A stretch of 64,000 nt of DNA from Octopus vulgaris. Its lineage: Eukaryota. The translations under genes were made by a program, and so were the position numbers. This document shows, piece after piece, positions 49,911-62,200 of the stretch. Position 1 is the stretch's first letter. Every line of letters starts with the position of its first letter. The notes beneath the pieces were generated by a model that was given only the letters and a program-made list of their open reading frames with translations, did no database searches and was not told where the DNA came from. The DNA lies in contig OX597837.1 of the NCBI GenBank assembly GCA_951406725.2, positions 2,790,001-2,854,000 of the forward strand, written 5' to 3'.

Positions 49911-50885
49911 ATGAATTTTTCTGAAGAATTGCCAAAGAAGGAGGGAAAATCATCATATCGCTGTGATGTCTGTCAAAAGACATTCTCTCTTGAGAATAAC
50001 CTTTCCAACCATAAATGTATTCACAGAAAAGAGAAACGACACAACTGTGATATCTGTGGTATATCATTTTCTCGTACGGATTACTTAAATAATCATAAAC
50101 GATTACATACAGGTGAAAGGCCATATGTGTGTAATATCTGTGGTAGTTCATTCTCTGTAGCAAGTAGCTTAAACAGACATAAACGTACTCATACAGGTGA
50201 GAAACCGTTTCATTGTGACACCTGTGGTAAATCTTTCTCTCAGACTTATGACTTAACACGACACATACGTACTCATACAGGTGAGAAACCATATCAGTGT
50301 AACATTTGTGGTGAGTCATTCTCCGAAAGGGGTAATTTGGCTAAACACAAAAACATTCATACAGGTGAGAAGTCACATCGCTGTGACATCTGTGGCAAAT
50401 CATTCTTTCAAAAAGTACATTTAAATTCTCACAGAGGTATTCATACAGGAGAGAAACCATATCACTGTGATATCTGCGGTAAGTCATTCATTGATGCTGG
50501 TAAGTTAACTAAACACAAACGTACTCACACAGGAGAAAAGCCATATCCCTGTGAAATCTGTGGTAAATTATTCTCTCACTCGAGTCAGTTAATAGTACAC
50601 AGGAGACGCATTCATACAAGTGAGAAGCCATATCATTGTGATATCTGTGGTAAATCATTCATTGTTGGAGGTTCATTAACTGTTCACAGACGTATTCATA
50701 CAGGTGAGAAGCCATATCCATGTGATATCTGTGGCATATCATTCCGTCTAACTAATCAGTTAACGAAACATAGGAAACGCATTCATACGGGAGAGAAACC
50801 ATATCACTGCAATCACTGTGGTAGATCATTCACAAGTGGAAGGTCATTAACTGCTCATAAACAGAACCATAAGGATAAGAATTGA
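49911..50885 (+). CDS. C2H2 zinc-finger protein 5 (11 fingers)
   Basis: 324-aa tandem C2H2 ORF; acceptor ending at 49554. Confidence 0.95.
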   Translation: MNFSEELPKKEGKSSYRCDVCQKTFSLENNLSNHKCIHRKEKRHNCDICGISFSRTDYLNNHKRLHTGERPYVCNICGSSFSVASSLNRHKRTHTGEKPFHCDTCGKSFSQTYDLTRHIRTHTGEKPYQCNICGESFSERGNLAKHKNIHTGEKSHRCDICGKSFFQKVHLNSHRGIHTGEKPYHCDICGKSFIDAGKLTKHKRTHTGEKPYPCEICGKLFSHSSQLIVHRRRIHTSEKPYHCDICGKSFIVGGSLTVHRRIHTGEKPYPCDICGISFRLTNQLTKHRKRIHTGEKPYHCNHCGRSFTSGRSLTAHKQNHKDKN

Positions 50886-53091
50886 TATCTTTGATAAATC
50901 ATTCAATGGAACAAGTCATTTATTGATACAGATGAGACACATTCATACAAAAGAAAATCATGATTACAATATCTCTGGTAAATCTTTCACTGATGAAAGT
51001 AGATTAACTAGTCAAAAATGTATTCATACTGGTCAGAAGCCATATAGTGTTATCATCATCATCATTTAATGTTCTTTTTTCCAGGCTAGCAGGGGTCAGA
51101 CTATTTGATTAGAGCTGGTAAGTTGTAGAGTTGCCCCAGGCTCCACACTGTTGTATGTATTGTAAATTGTTTTAGCTAAATTAGGCTGAAACATTTTCAT
51201 ACAGGTGAGAAACCAACCAACCTACTGTAATATGTTTGGTGAATATGAAAGGTGTTATTTAACTAAAGACAAACACACTCTCACAGAAGAGAACTTTACT
51301 GGGATGTTGTACACTATTCTCTTAGACAAGTCATTTAACTATTCACAGATGTATCAATACTAGAGAAGAAACCATTCAGTGTGATATTTGTGTTAAATCT
51401 CTCTTCTAAAATAGTGATGCAATTAAGCACAAACTTATACAGGGGAAATAATCATATCACTGACATCTGGTAAATTGCTTTGCTTTTATTACTCACGAAT
51501 GCATTCAGACAGAAGTAAAAATTATAATATTGTGATATCGGTAGTAAATCATTTTATCAAAATAGTCATTTAACCAAACACAAATGTATTCAATCCAAAG
51601 AAAATCTGCATCATACTGATATCTGTGGCAAATCACTTTCTTTATGAAATCACTCATTTAATTAGAAATGCACACACTGTGAAGTGGGTGACAATTGAAC
51701 AGAGATATCAGCATTCTAATGTGGCCAAGGACATGACAGCCTCTGTAGTGCTGGCTCTACACCAAAATACATCCAGTACACTTCAAAGAGACAGTGGTAA
51801 GTAAGGAAGCTAGCTATGAAAAGCCTTCCACAAAATGGAGCATAGAATTCAAATGTTTTTCCTCGTCTATGAAACATGGAATAGAGCTTAAATTCATTTT
51901 TTTTTTTTTTCTTTTCTGGTATTAAAAATTCTTTATTTATTATAAAAATTGTATTAGTTACTGATTCATGCAGTGTTTTGTTACAGAATAATCATTTTGT
52001 CCATTTTCTATATGCTTTGCAATCTGATTCATTCTGAGTTTTGCTCATTCACTAAAAATATGCTTATTTCAACATAAATGCAGCTAATACATTAGAAAAA
52101 TGTACAATCAGGACTTCCAGCTATTTCTAAAATTCAAATTTCAACTGAAATTGAGAAAATTTCAAATATAAGGTAATAGATTTTTGCTGCAATTTATTCC
52201 AACATAATATAATTTATTACAATATGATTCAAGAAACGTTCTGATTTTGAGAATAATGCAATTTAGGATAATTACAAGCCATAGCTGTTGACAGAGGTCT
52301 GAACTTAAAATGTGTGCTGCTTCATCTCCTTTGTGGTAGCTGGCAATATGACGTAATGTTGTATTGCCGAAGAAATATGATTGTCGTTTTCCCATTGGTT
52401 AATATAACTGCTCATATAGGAATTCTAAGAATTAGTTAAAGAATATTTGTATGTGATTTCCATTCTTTAAAGTCAAGTTGAGCAGTTATAAAAACCCTGG
52501 ATTTTGGGAAAAACTTCAGTGTTTGTTGGATGTAACTAAACTCTACGACACTCACTCCTTTGAGACATTGGTTATTTTTTATGCCATGTCCAAGAAATAC
52601 ATTTTATATATAACGTGAAGAAAGAGAAAACATTTTCTACATTAATTTTTATTATATACATATAGCATTTTGAAGAAAAGTAAATTTTGTCGTAAAGAAT
52701 TACGACTATATATTTTAACTAATTAACTTCTCATTCTATCTATATTAAATCTCAACAAAGGCATCATCCTCAAGAAATTTAAGTATTTGTTTTCATTTTA
52801 TTAATATAGTTCTGCCACAGATGAATCAAGTCCCACCAGGGGGGGTCATAGTCTGTTTATAGCCTTGTTAAGTATTCCAAAGTTAGAACAATACCAGGGA
52901 TTAAAGTTTTGTCACCTGCTCAGCATCCTCAAGCACAGGTTGAGTGCTGCATTGGAAATGCCTCAGCTTTCTACACTTACTGTGCCTTAACACACACACA
53001 CATGCATGCATATATAAGTTGGATGTGTTGTTCTGCACACTGTAGACTGTGGTAATCTTCCCGAGAGATCCCCTCATATTCACTTTATATA

Positions 53092-54878
53092 CTGGGTGTT
53101 CAAAATGTTTCTCCGCAGCAAGTATGTTATTGCAAAATAAATATTTATAAGATGGTATAAGACCACAAAAGAATATATTAGACTTTACAAGACTTTAAAA
53201 AACTTTATAAGAGGTGATGAAAGTGTCGGACTTGATTATTAATACATAAGATGTCTCTTCTACACGTGTTTTGAAATACATCTTGGAGAGTCTGATGCGT
53301 TATGGACCGTGTGAAGGTTATGATTGTGTCTTTTAGCTCATTAATGGTTTTCAGGCGATTCTTGTACACCGATCCTTTACTTGCTCCTCAAGAAATAAAA
53401 GTTTGGCGGTGTTAAATCAGGTGATCTTGGTGGCCAAAGTCCCTTCGAAATAATCCGTTAACCGAAAAACTCTTGAAGTAGCACCATGGCGCTGTAGCTC
53501 GATCTTGCTGAAAGTATGCATTATTAATTTCACTTTTAGTGGCCTACAAATGAATAACAATATTTGAGCAATATCTCTCGGTGTTGATGGTGTCCTCGGG
53601 GGATCTTTTCGGTTTGAACGGCAGTTTTTAACATAATTTCTAGGTAACTAAAAAATTTGAAACTTCGTATACTGGTAGAATGTGTTTATAAAACATCTTT
53701 TTCTCTTGGCTTTATTGAGAAAATTCTATAGTTCGTAAGATATCTGTTGTTGTTTTTTTTCAATTTCAACCAATCACTGACGTCTATTGAGGTAAAAAAA
53801 ACATTCCGTGCCGTATGAATATGTCCCTCGTTTAAGAAACAGATTGGGTTTATTTACATTTGTGAAGAAAAAAAAGATACCCTTCCCCCACCCCTAACCC
53901 TAAAACAGATTGAAATGCAATAGATCGATAGTAGGGTCATAATTATGGGTGACAATTTCATGACACCGCTAGAAAAAAACTGCCGTTCAAACCGAAAAGA
54001 TCCCATATCGGTCCCACAACACGCTTTCTCGAAATTGCTATCCATCTTCCAACTTTTTCGTGATGCAGAGGTTGCTCATACGTCGCGTGGGGATTTTCAG
54101 TGCTCCATAACCTTGTGTGGCGTAACCTCGGTATATGTACCGGAAACATTTCAAGAAAGTGTTTTTTTTATATATATGGGGGGTTAGGGGTGGGAGAAAA
54201 AGGTTTCTGTTATCTTCAGAAATGTAAACAAAGTCACGTGTGTATCTATACCGAGGCATCGCCCCTTGTGTTCTGCGAATTTCTGTCCCGACAGATGAAA
54301 CCAAGCCTCGTCGATGTAAAATCACCCATTCAGCACTTCTATGCTTTTTTCGGCAACAAAATTTTGGAACCAATGTCCAATAATGAAAGTCATTCAGTTT
54401 GATCCGTCGTTTTCAAATCTTGAATGGGCAGCACTTTGTATGGAGAGAAATGTAATTTCTTTTTTACTGCCGTGTGAGCACTTCCTAGGCTAATCTCCGT
54501 TTCCTGTGACAATTTGCGTAAGGACTTAGACGGGTTTGCCAACAGTTTATCAGAAATATTGGAGAGTGTTGCGTCTGAAAGAACGGTGGGCCGACCGCTT
54601 CTTGCTGTGTCTTCCACTGACCCAGTCTTTCTAAATTTTCTTATCAATTCCCGCACAGTGTCACGATGTGGGACAGCAGTATTTGGAAAAGCTTCGCTGA
54701 ACTTCTGTTTCACGCTATCTGTGTATTTGTTTCCAGCTCGAAACACCCATTCGACTAAAAACGTTCGTTCTTCGATGGTCAACATTTCGACATGCCAAAA
54801 GGACAGGAGCGATGATAGCCAAGTTGCGCATGCGCACGATGGAAATTTTCACTGCGGAGAGACTTTCTGAACACCCTG
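53092..54878 (-). mobile_element. Tc1/mariner-superfamily fossil (DUF4817-type HTH N-terminus) with two nested MITEs
   Basis: TIRs c(t/a)gggtgttca.aa.gt.tctccgcag; ORF 54390-54785 (..KFRKTGSVED..RSGRP..); decayed DEAWFHLSG, FQQD and WPPRSPDL motifs. Confidence 0.85.
54119..54263. mobile_element. Merlin-type short MITE nested in the mariner fossil
   Basis: TSD ccttgtgt at 54111-54118 and 54264-54271. Confidence 0.85.
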
Positions 54879-55599
54879 TCTAATTTCACAGGCATACCTC
54901 CACATATGTGTCCCTCTCTTAAATTTTGTTTCCTCATAACTTTCAGAAAAATGGGTTTTATTTTTCTAATGAACTTTCTTTTTTGGGGATCTTTTCACTT
55001 TGACCGGCAGATTTTAAAAATAATTGTCAAAGTGAAAAGAAATTTTTTTTTTACAAGCACTTCATAGAGATTGTCAATTTTGATCATTATTTAATATGAA
55101 CATTTTTTGGATCTTTTCGGTTTGAACGGCAGTTTTTTCTAGCGGTGTCATGAAATTGTCACCCATAATTATGACCCTAGTATCGATCTATTGCATTTCA
55201 ATCTGTTTTAGGGTTAGGGGTGGAGGGAAGGGTATCTTTTTCACTTCACAAATGTAATTAAACCCAATGTTTCTTAAACGAGGGACATTTTCATACGACA
55301 CAGAATGTTTTTTACCCCAATAGACGTCATTGATTGGTTGAAATTGAAGAAAAAAAAAAAATCTTACAAACTGTAGAATTTTCTCAATAAAGCCAAGAGA
55401 AAAAGATGTTTTATAAACACATTCTACCAGTATACGAAGTTTAAAAGTGTTTAGTTAACTAGAAATTATTTTAAAAAACTGCCGTTCAAACCGAAAATAT
55501 CCAAAATATCCATCAATCGTAAATAATGAACCAAAGTTATCGAAGATTTCTTGGTAGTTAAAAAAATTTCTACTGGAAACGCTCCAGTATCGAATTGGA

Positions 55600-55855
55600 A
55601 GCTGACATCTCCAAGGGGACTTTACCATTGGGGGGGGGGGGGGGTTAGGATATTTAGGATCGAAAGTTCGGCTGGAGACGTAAAGTCAGCTTCACTTGCA
55701 AATTGTCACAAGTTGAGATTTTATTGCAGAAGGAAGTTGGATGTTGACGGAAGGAGATGAAGTTAGAAGTTCTATTTCGTTCTATTAGATATTTACAGTG
55801 GTAGAAAACATACAACACACTGATTCACTGTTTACATCTAAAGACGGTAAGTGGA
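55600..55855 (+). promoter_or_regulatory. Putative promoter/non-coding exon 1 of ZNF gene 6; donor at 55847
   Basis: Near-identical to the ZNF5 motif gatcgaaagttcggctggagacgtaaagtcagc; aagacg|gtaagtg. Confidence 0.65.
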
Positions 55856-55924
55856 TAGACGTCTGTTTTAATGCTGTAATAATGTATAATGGAATCGTGT
55901 TTCACTTGCCTGATAGGGTGATTA

Positions 55925-56440
55925 TATAATAATAATAATAATAATGAAATTATTGTATACAGTGCTCAGGTGCACCACAGCTTGTCAATCAGTGCGTATA
56001 AAGCATATGCAGTAATGTCTGGGAAGCGAACAGTGTATGAGTCAGATACATGCTTGCGTGTGTATGGAGGGGAGAAAAATCAGGTGTAGTGTTGGCGAAT
56101 CTCAGGAAGTATGGAAGTTTTGAAGGATGCAATACTCCGACAACTAACAACTGATGCCGGCAGTTTGCTCCATGCTTCAGCAACTCTTAGCGTGAAAAAA
56201 TGTTTCCGAAAGTCATGGGAGCTGTGCTGTTTTCTGACTTTGTAAATATGTCCACGAGTGTTAGATGGGTGGAGTTTGGAAAGGTGCTCGGAGTTATTGT
56301 TTGTAAGATGGTTGATAATTTTATGGGTGTCTGCCAAGTCAGCTGCCAGACGTCGGAGTTTCAGTGAGTCCATGCCCAGGGAAGTAAGGCATTCAGAATA
56401 TGGCAAATGCCTGATGGAGGGTATTCTTTCGGTTGCACGC
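55925..56440 (-). mobile_element. CR1-like LINE 3' fragment
   Basis: LPYSECL..LGMDSLKLRRL..DL; SNTRGH..K; RKHFFTLRVAEAWSKLP; (ATT)n tail. Confidence 0.8.
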
Positions 56441-57815
56441 GGCGAGCTGCTTAGCAGTATTTCGTCTGTCATTACGTTCTGAGTTCAAATTCCGCCGAGG
56501 TCGACTTTACCTTTCGTCCTCTCGGGGTCGATAAATAAAGTACCAGTTTCGCACTGGATCGATGTAATCGACTTAATCCCTTTGTCTGTCCTTGTTTGTC
56601 CCCTCTATGTTTAGCCCCTTGTGTGCAATAAAGAAATATATATTGAAGGGAACACTTTGTACTTGTAATATTTTTAGTTTTTTGTATTTTCAGATCAATT
56701 TTGCGACTTTATGTCCCACAAACTTATATCTCATACGGTTAAACAGTTTGCGCAAATTTTTGTGCTCATTTGTTTTCTACAATTTTTTTAACACCTGGTA
56801 GGCTGTTTTTGTGTGTGTGTGTGTGACCGGGGCTTCCAGTTTCTTAAACGTTATGATGGAAAAAATCGGATCTTGTGAATTTTCCGAAAGTCCTTCGTTG
56901 GTGTAAATTTTTGTTTTCATATTTGATTATACACATTTTTTTACAGCTATTTTACATTTTTGTTTTGGTGACCGGTAGTTAAAGTAAACATTAACCAAAA
57001 TAAATTGTCTTTTACATACGATTTTTTAAAATCACTCCCTGCAGTGATCTCAGACTCTCTAACATTTTAATACTGTAATCAAAAACGAAGTGGGGTGGTA
57101 ATGAAAAATGTTTCTACATTTTCTTTTAATAGCATCTAATTCCTCTTATGCCTAACTTCTTTCTCAATACACTAGCACCCTGATGAACATGTACACTTGC
57201 ATTACACATCCAGCAGAGCATGCTGACCTCGTTCCTCTCTAACCTTGACATGTCTTCTGCATTCAAGGCCCACATCTCACTACCATGTAAAATTGCTGTC
57301 CGTATACATGATTTAAATAACAGATGAAGAAGCAGTTTTTAAAGGAAATGAACTAGTGTTATTCAATATGGAATTAATGTAGAATTTCACTGTCAGATCC
57401 CTACGTTTTAATTATCTTTAATATCTTATTCTGTTTTCCTATCTTTTCAGAATAACAGATGAGATTGGCATCAAAGATATATTCTCAATATTTCTCACCA
57501 TTTACAAAGAAAGGAAAGATTTTACACAGAAGAGCTCCAACTTTTCTTCTATGAATATATCTTTTGAGTTCCCAACAATAAGTTCTTCCAAGTGAAACAT
57601 TTCTCCCCATTGTCTGGGAGGTGTGTGAGAGGATTTTGTATTCTAATTTAATTTGGACTGTTTTACAAAGCAGTAGTTTGCTACCACTTTCTGATAGCAG
57701 CAAAGATAACAGTTGATGGAGGTATGGCAGCAGAATGGTTTTCATCAGTGCTGTAAGGAATAAATAGAAGGAAAAATGTCAATATAACTATTGTGTAGAA
57801 GAAAAAAATAAAAGA

Positions 57816-58874
57816 ATGGATTTTTCTGAAGAATTGCCAAAGAAGGAGGGAAAATCATCATATCACTGTGATGTCTGTCAAAAGACATTCTCTCTTGAGA
57901 ATAGCCTTTCCAACCATAAATGTATTCACGGAAAAGAGAAACAATACAACTGTGATATCTGTGGTAAATCATTCTCTCGAAAGGATCACTTACGAACTCA
58001 CAAACGCTTACATACAGGAGAAAGGCCATATACCTGTAATATCTGTGGTAATTCATTCTCTGCAGCGAGTCACTTAAACAGTCACAAACGTACTCACACA
58101 GGTGAAAAACCACATCACTGTGATATCTGTGGTAAATCATTCGCTCGAAGTGATAGCCTGACTTGCCACATTCGTGTTCATACAGGAGAGAAACCATATC
58201 AGTGTAATACTTGTGGTGAGTCATTCTCTGAAAGGGGCAATTTAGCTAAACACAATTATATTCATACAGGAGAGAAGTCATATTGCTGTGATGTCTGTGG
58301 AAAATCCTTCTTTCAAAAAGTACACTTAAATTCTCACGTACGTATTCATACAGGAGAGAAACCATATCACTGTGATATCTGTGGTGCATCATTCACTGCA
58401 ACTGATAAAGTAACTAAACACAAACGTACTCACACAGGAGAAAAGCCATATCCGTGTGATATCTGTGGTAAATCATTCAGTGTTGTTAGTAGATTAACTA
58501 AACACAAACGCATTCACACAGGAGAAAAGCCATACAACTGTGATATCTGTGGTGAATTATTCTCTTACACAAGTCAGCTTATAGTACACAGGAGACGTAT
58601 TCATACAAGTGAGAAGCCATATCACTGTGATATCTGTGGTAAATCATTTATTGATGGAAGTTCACTAACTGTCCACAGGCGTATACATACAGGTGAAAAA
58701 CCATATCCATGTGATATCTGTGGAATATCGTTCTCTCAAAGACGTCAGTTAATGGTGCATAAAGGACGTATTCACACAGGAGAGAAACCTTATTACTGCA
58801 ATCACTGTGGTAGATCATTCACAAGTAGAAAGTCATTAGCTGCTCATAAACAGAGTCATAAGGATGAGAAATGA
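57816..58874 (+). CDS. C2H2 zinc-finger protein 6 (12 fingers)
   Basis: 352-aa tandem C2H2 ORF; acceptor ending at 57450. Confidence 0.95.
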   Translation: MDFSEELPKKEGKSSYHCDVCQKTFSLENSLSNHKCIHGKEKQYNCDICGKSFSRKDHLRTHKRLHTGERPYTCNICGNSFSAASHLNSHKRTHTGEKPHHCDICGKSFARSDSLTCHIRVHTGEKPYQCNTCGESFSERGNLAKHNYIHTGEKSYCCDVCGKSFFQKVHLNSHVRIHTGEKPYHCDICGASFTATDKVTKHKRTHTGEKPYPCDICGKSFSVVSRLTKHKRIHTGEKPYNCDICGELFSYTSQLIVHRRRIHTSEKPYHCDICGKSFIDGSSLTVHRRIHTGEKPYPCDICGISFSQRRQLMVHKGRIHTGEKPYYCNHCGRSFTSRKSLAAHKQSHKDEK

Positions 58875-58973
58875 TATCACTGATATCTTTGATAAATCAT
58901 TCAATGGAACAAATCATTTATTGATACAGATGAGATACATTCATACAAAAGGAAAATTCTGATTACAATATCT

Positions 58974-59222
58974 GTGATAATTTCTTTCATTGATGGAAGT
59001 GCATTAACTGTTCACAGACGTATTCATACAGGCGAAAAGCCATATCCATGTGATATCTGTGGTTTATCATTCTGTCGAACAAGCCAGTTAAAAATACATA
59101 GGAAACACATTCATACAGGAGAGAAACCATTTTACTGCTATAACTGTGGTAGATCATTCACTGACAGGAGCTCGTTAACTGTTCATAAATGGAATCATTC
59201 AAATGAGAAACCATATCACTGA
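58974..59222 (+). pseudogene. Post-stop duplicated finger block of ZNF6
   Basis: Two intact fingers plus a half finger repeating 58650-58990; no conserved N-terminal start. Confidence 0.7.
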
Positions 59223-62200
59223 TATCTTTGATAAATCATTCAATGGAAAAAGTCATTTATTGATACAGCTGAGATGCATTCATACAAAAGAAAATTATGA
59301 TTACAATATCTGTGAGAATTTCTTTCATTGATTGGCCAAAAATTTATTCATACAGATCAGAAGCCATATAATGTTATCATCATCATCATCATCTAGTGTT
59401 CATTTTTCCATGCTTGCATAGGTAAGACGGTTTGACTGAGAGCTGGTAAGCTGTAGAGATGCCCCAGGCTCCAGTTTGAAGTATGTATGGTAAATTATTC
59501 TGGCTCATGCTTTTTCATACAGCTAAGAAACCATACCACTGTAATATCTGTGTTGAATGACTATGAAAGATGTTATTTAACACAAATACACTTTCATGGG
59601 TGAGAACTTATATTACTGGGATGTTGTGGTAGATTATTCTCTTAGAGAAGTTATTTAATTATTCACAGATGTTCTGTCAATTGCCTTTAATCCTTGTTCT
59701 CCTAACTCGTGTGTTTCTTTCCCTTGCTTCTTATCATATAATAAATCTCAGTGGTTATGTGCGTGTATGTGCATATGATGTGTATATATATACATATGAA
59801 TTTCTATGTGGGAGTATCTAGGCTTGCCGATTGTGGCCATTGCCAGCCTCGTCTGGCCCCCGTGCCAGTGGCACGTAAAAAGCCCCATCTGATTGTGGCT
59901 GTTTGCCAGCCTTGTCTGGCACCTGTGCAGGTGGCACGTAAAAAGCACACGGAATGGTTGGCGTTAGGAAGGGCATCCAGCTGTAGAAACACTGCCAGAT
60001 CAGACTGGGCCTGGCGCAGCCTACTGTTGAATCGTCCAACCCATGCTAGCATGGAAAACGGTGATGATGATGATGAAAATATATGTCTGTCATTTAGTGT
60101 ATCATGCAGGTATATGTGTGTAGTATATGTCTGTATATTTCTATATGTATAGGGGTATGTATATGTGTGTGTATGTATATATATGTTTCTTTATTACCCA
60201 CAAGGGGCTAAACTTAGAGGGGACAAATAAGGACAGACAACTGGATTAAGTTGATTACATCGACCCCAGTGCGTAACTGGTACGTAATTTATCGACCCTG
60301 AAAGGATGAAAGGAAAAGTCGACCTCGGCGGAATTTGAATGTATATATATGTTTGTGTATGCATGAGGATATACATGTTCAATCAATTTTTAAATAAATT
60401 AAATAACTTAATTTATCATTAATATTTTCATTTAGTTTTGTTTGTTTTTTCTTCATCTGTGTACGGTATCTACTTTAATTGAATATATCAATTAATTGGT
60501 ACATCCAACTTGACTTGGATGTGTTGTTTTGAACACTGTAGGCTATGATAGTAGGCCTGAGAAGTCATCTCAAACTGAAGTTAGTTGTTATTTTATATCA
60601 GTGCTTTTCAAACTTTTTGCTGGAGCGGAACCCCAAGGAAACGTTCCACTGGCTCGAGGAACCCCTGTGCAATAATTTAATAGTCTTATACACACATATC
60701 TGCACAGGAGAATTAAAAATTACTGACGATTTTAGCAGTTTTGTAACTTCTTGCGGAACCCCTGGACTGTACTGGCGGAACCCTGGTTGAAAACCACTGC
60801 TTTATATATATACTTGCAGCTAAGCCCGGTTTCACTTGGTTTGTTTGGCTGATGTGGCTATGATCGTTCCCGGTTAGGCATAATCTATAACAGCATTTCT
60901 CAACCTTATCATTTTGGGTCCCCTGTTTCAATTGGATCCTCCAACTGTATGAAAATTTCCTGACCCTACCGCATCAGAAAACAGCTTCTAAGCAACTGTT
61001 TGTTTTAATGGCAGAAGAAAGAGAGGAATTCCATTAGAAAAAGTTTTAATTGATTTTCTCGGTAAGTATGGAGGCTAGGAAAAAAAATACAAACTGCATT
61101 CCAATCTATGCACCCATCTCCACATGTGTGCCATTTTTCATGCGAATCCACCCAGCCATTTGACTGTGAACCTCAAGACAAGAAAGAATACAACGATCGC
61201 CCATGTCCAATTTATATTATAGATTTTATGTATCTGTGTGTGCGTTTGTATCAAAAGATGGAATAACTAATGCTTTTAAATAGTGATGATGCAACGTTTG
61301 TTGGTGAACATCTATTATTGGAAAATAACACCAGCCGTATGTTTAACAATAACATTAGAAAGTAGGGCCAAGGGAAAATGGTAATTATTTCATGAAATCG
61401 AAACTAATCTTGCCCACTGGTTTATTATCTGAATTTCAGCCTTCGAATAATACGCTTTATTCATATTGTAAAGACTAAAGAGGTTTTTCATTGGAAAATG
61501 TTTAGGATCTTTTCAGTTTGAACGGCAGCTTTTTCTAGCGGTGTCATATGAAATTGTCACCCATAATTATGACCCTAGTATCGGTCTATTGCATTTCAAT
61601 CTGTTTTAGGATTAGGGGTTGGGGGGAAGGGTATCTTTTTTTCTTCACAAATGTAAATAAACTCATCCTCAGTCACAAGCACCTGGATGCCAAAGTTTGC
61701 TATGTTTGCGCTGGTATTGTCATGTACTACGGATGGATGAGGAGAGATGTGTGAAGAAGTGCCACTCCCAAACATTTGAAGGAATCCAGGGTAGAGGTAG
61801 ACCCTGCAAGACATGGGATGAGGTGGTCAAGCATGACCTTCGAATGTTGGGCCTCACATAGGCAATGACGAAAGACCGAGATCTCTGGAGATATGATGTG
61901 ACTGCGAAGAACCAAAAAATAATGTGAGTTCATGGCTGTTTCCTGCACCAGCTTCACATAGCAGCCCCAGCCCATCCAAAGTACCTTGGATCGTAGGGCA
62001 ACCTTCTGTACTTGAGGAGACTTATTGAGTCAAGTACATCAAAATAAAAATAAAAATCAAATGGAAATTGTAGTTGTGATACCTGTGCTGGTGGCACGTA
62101 AAAAGCACCATCTGAACGTGGCTGATGCCAGCGCCGCCTTGACTGGCTTCCATGCCGGTGACACGTAAAAAGCACCCACTACACTCATGGAGTTGTTGGC

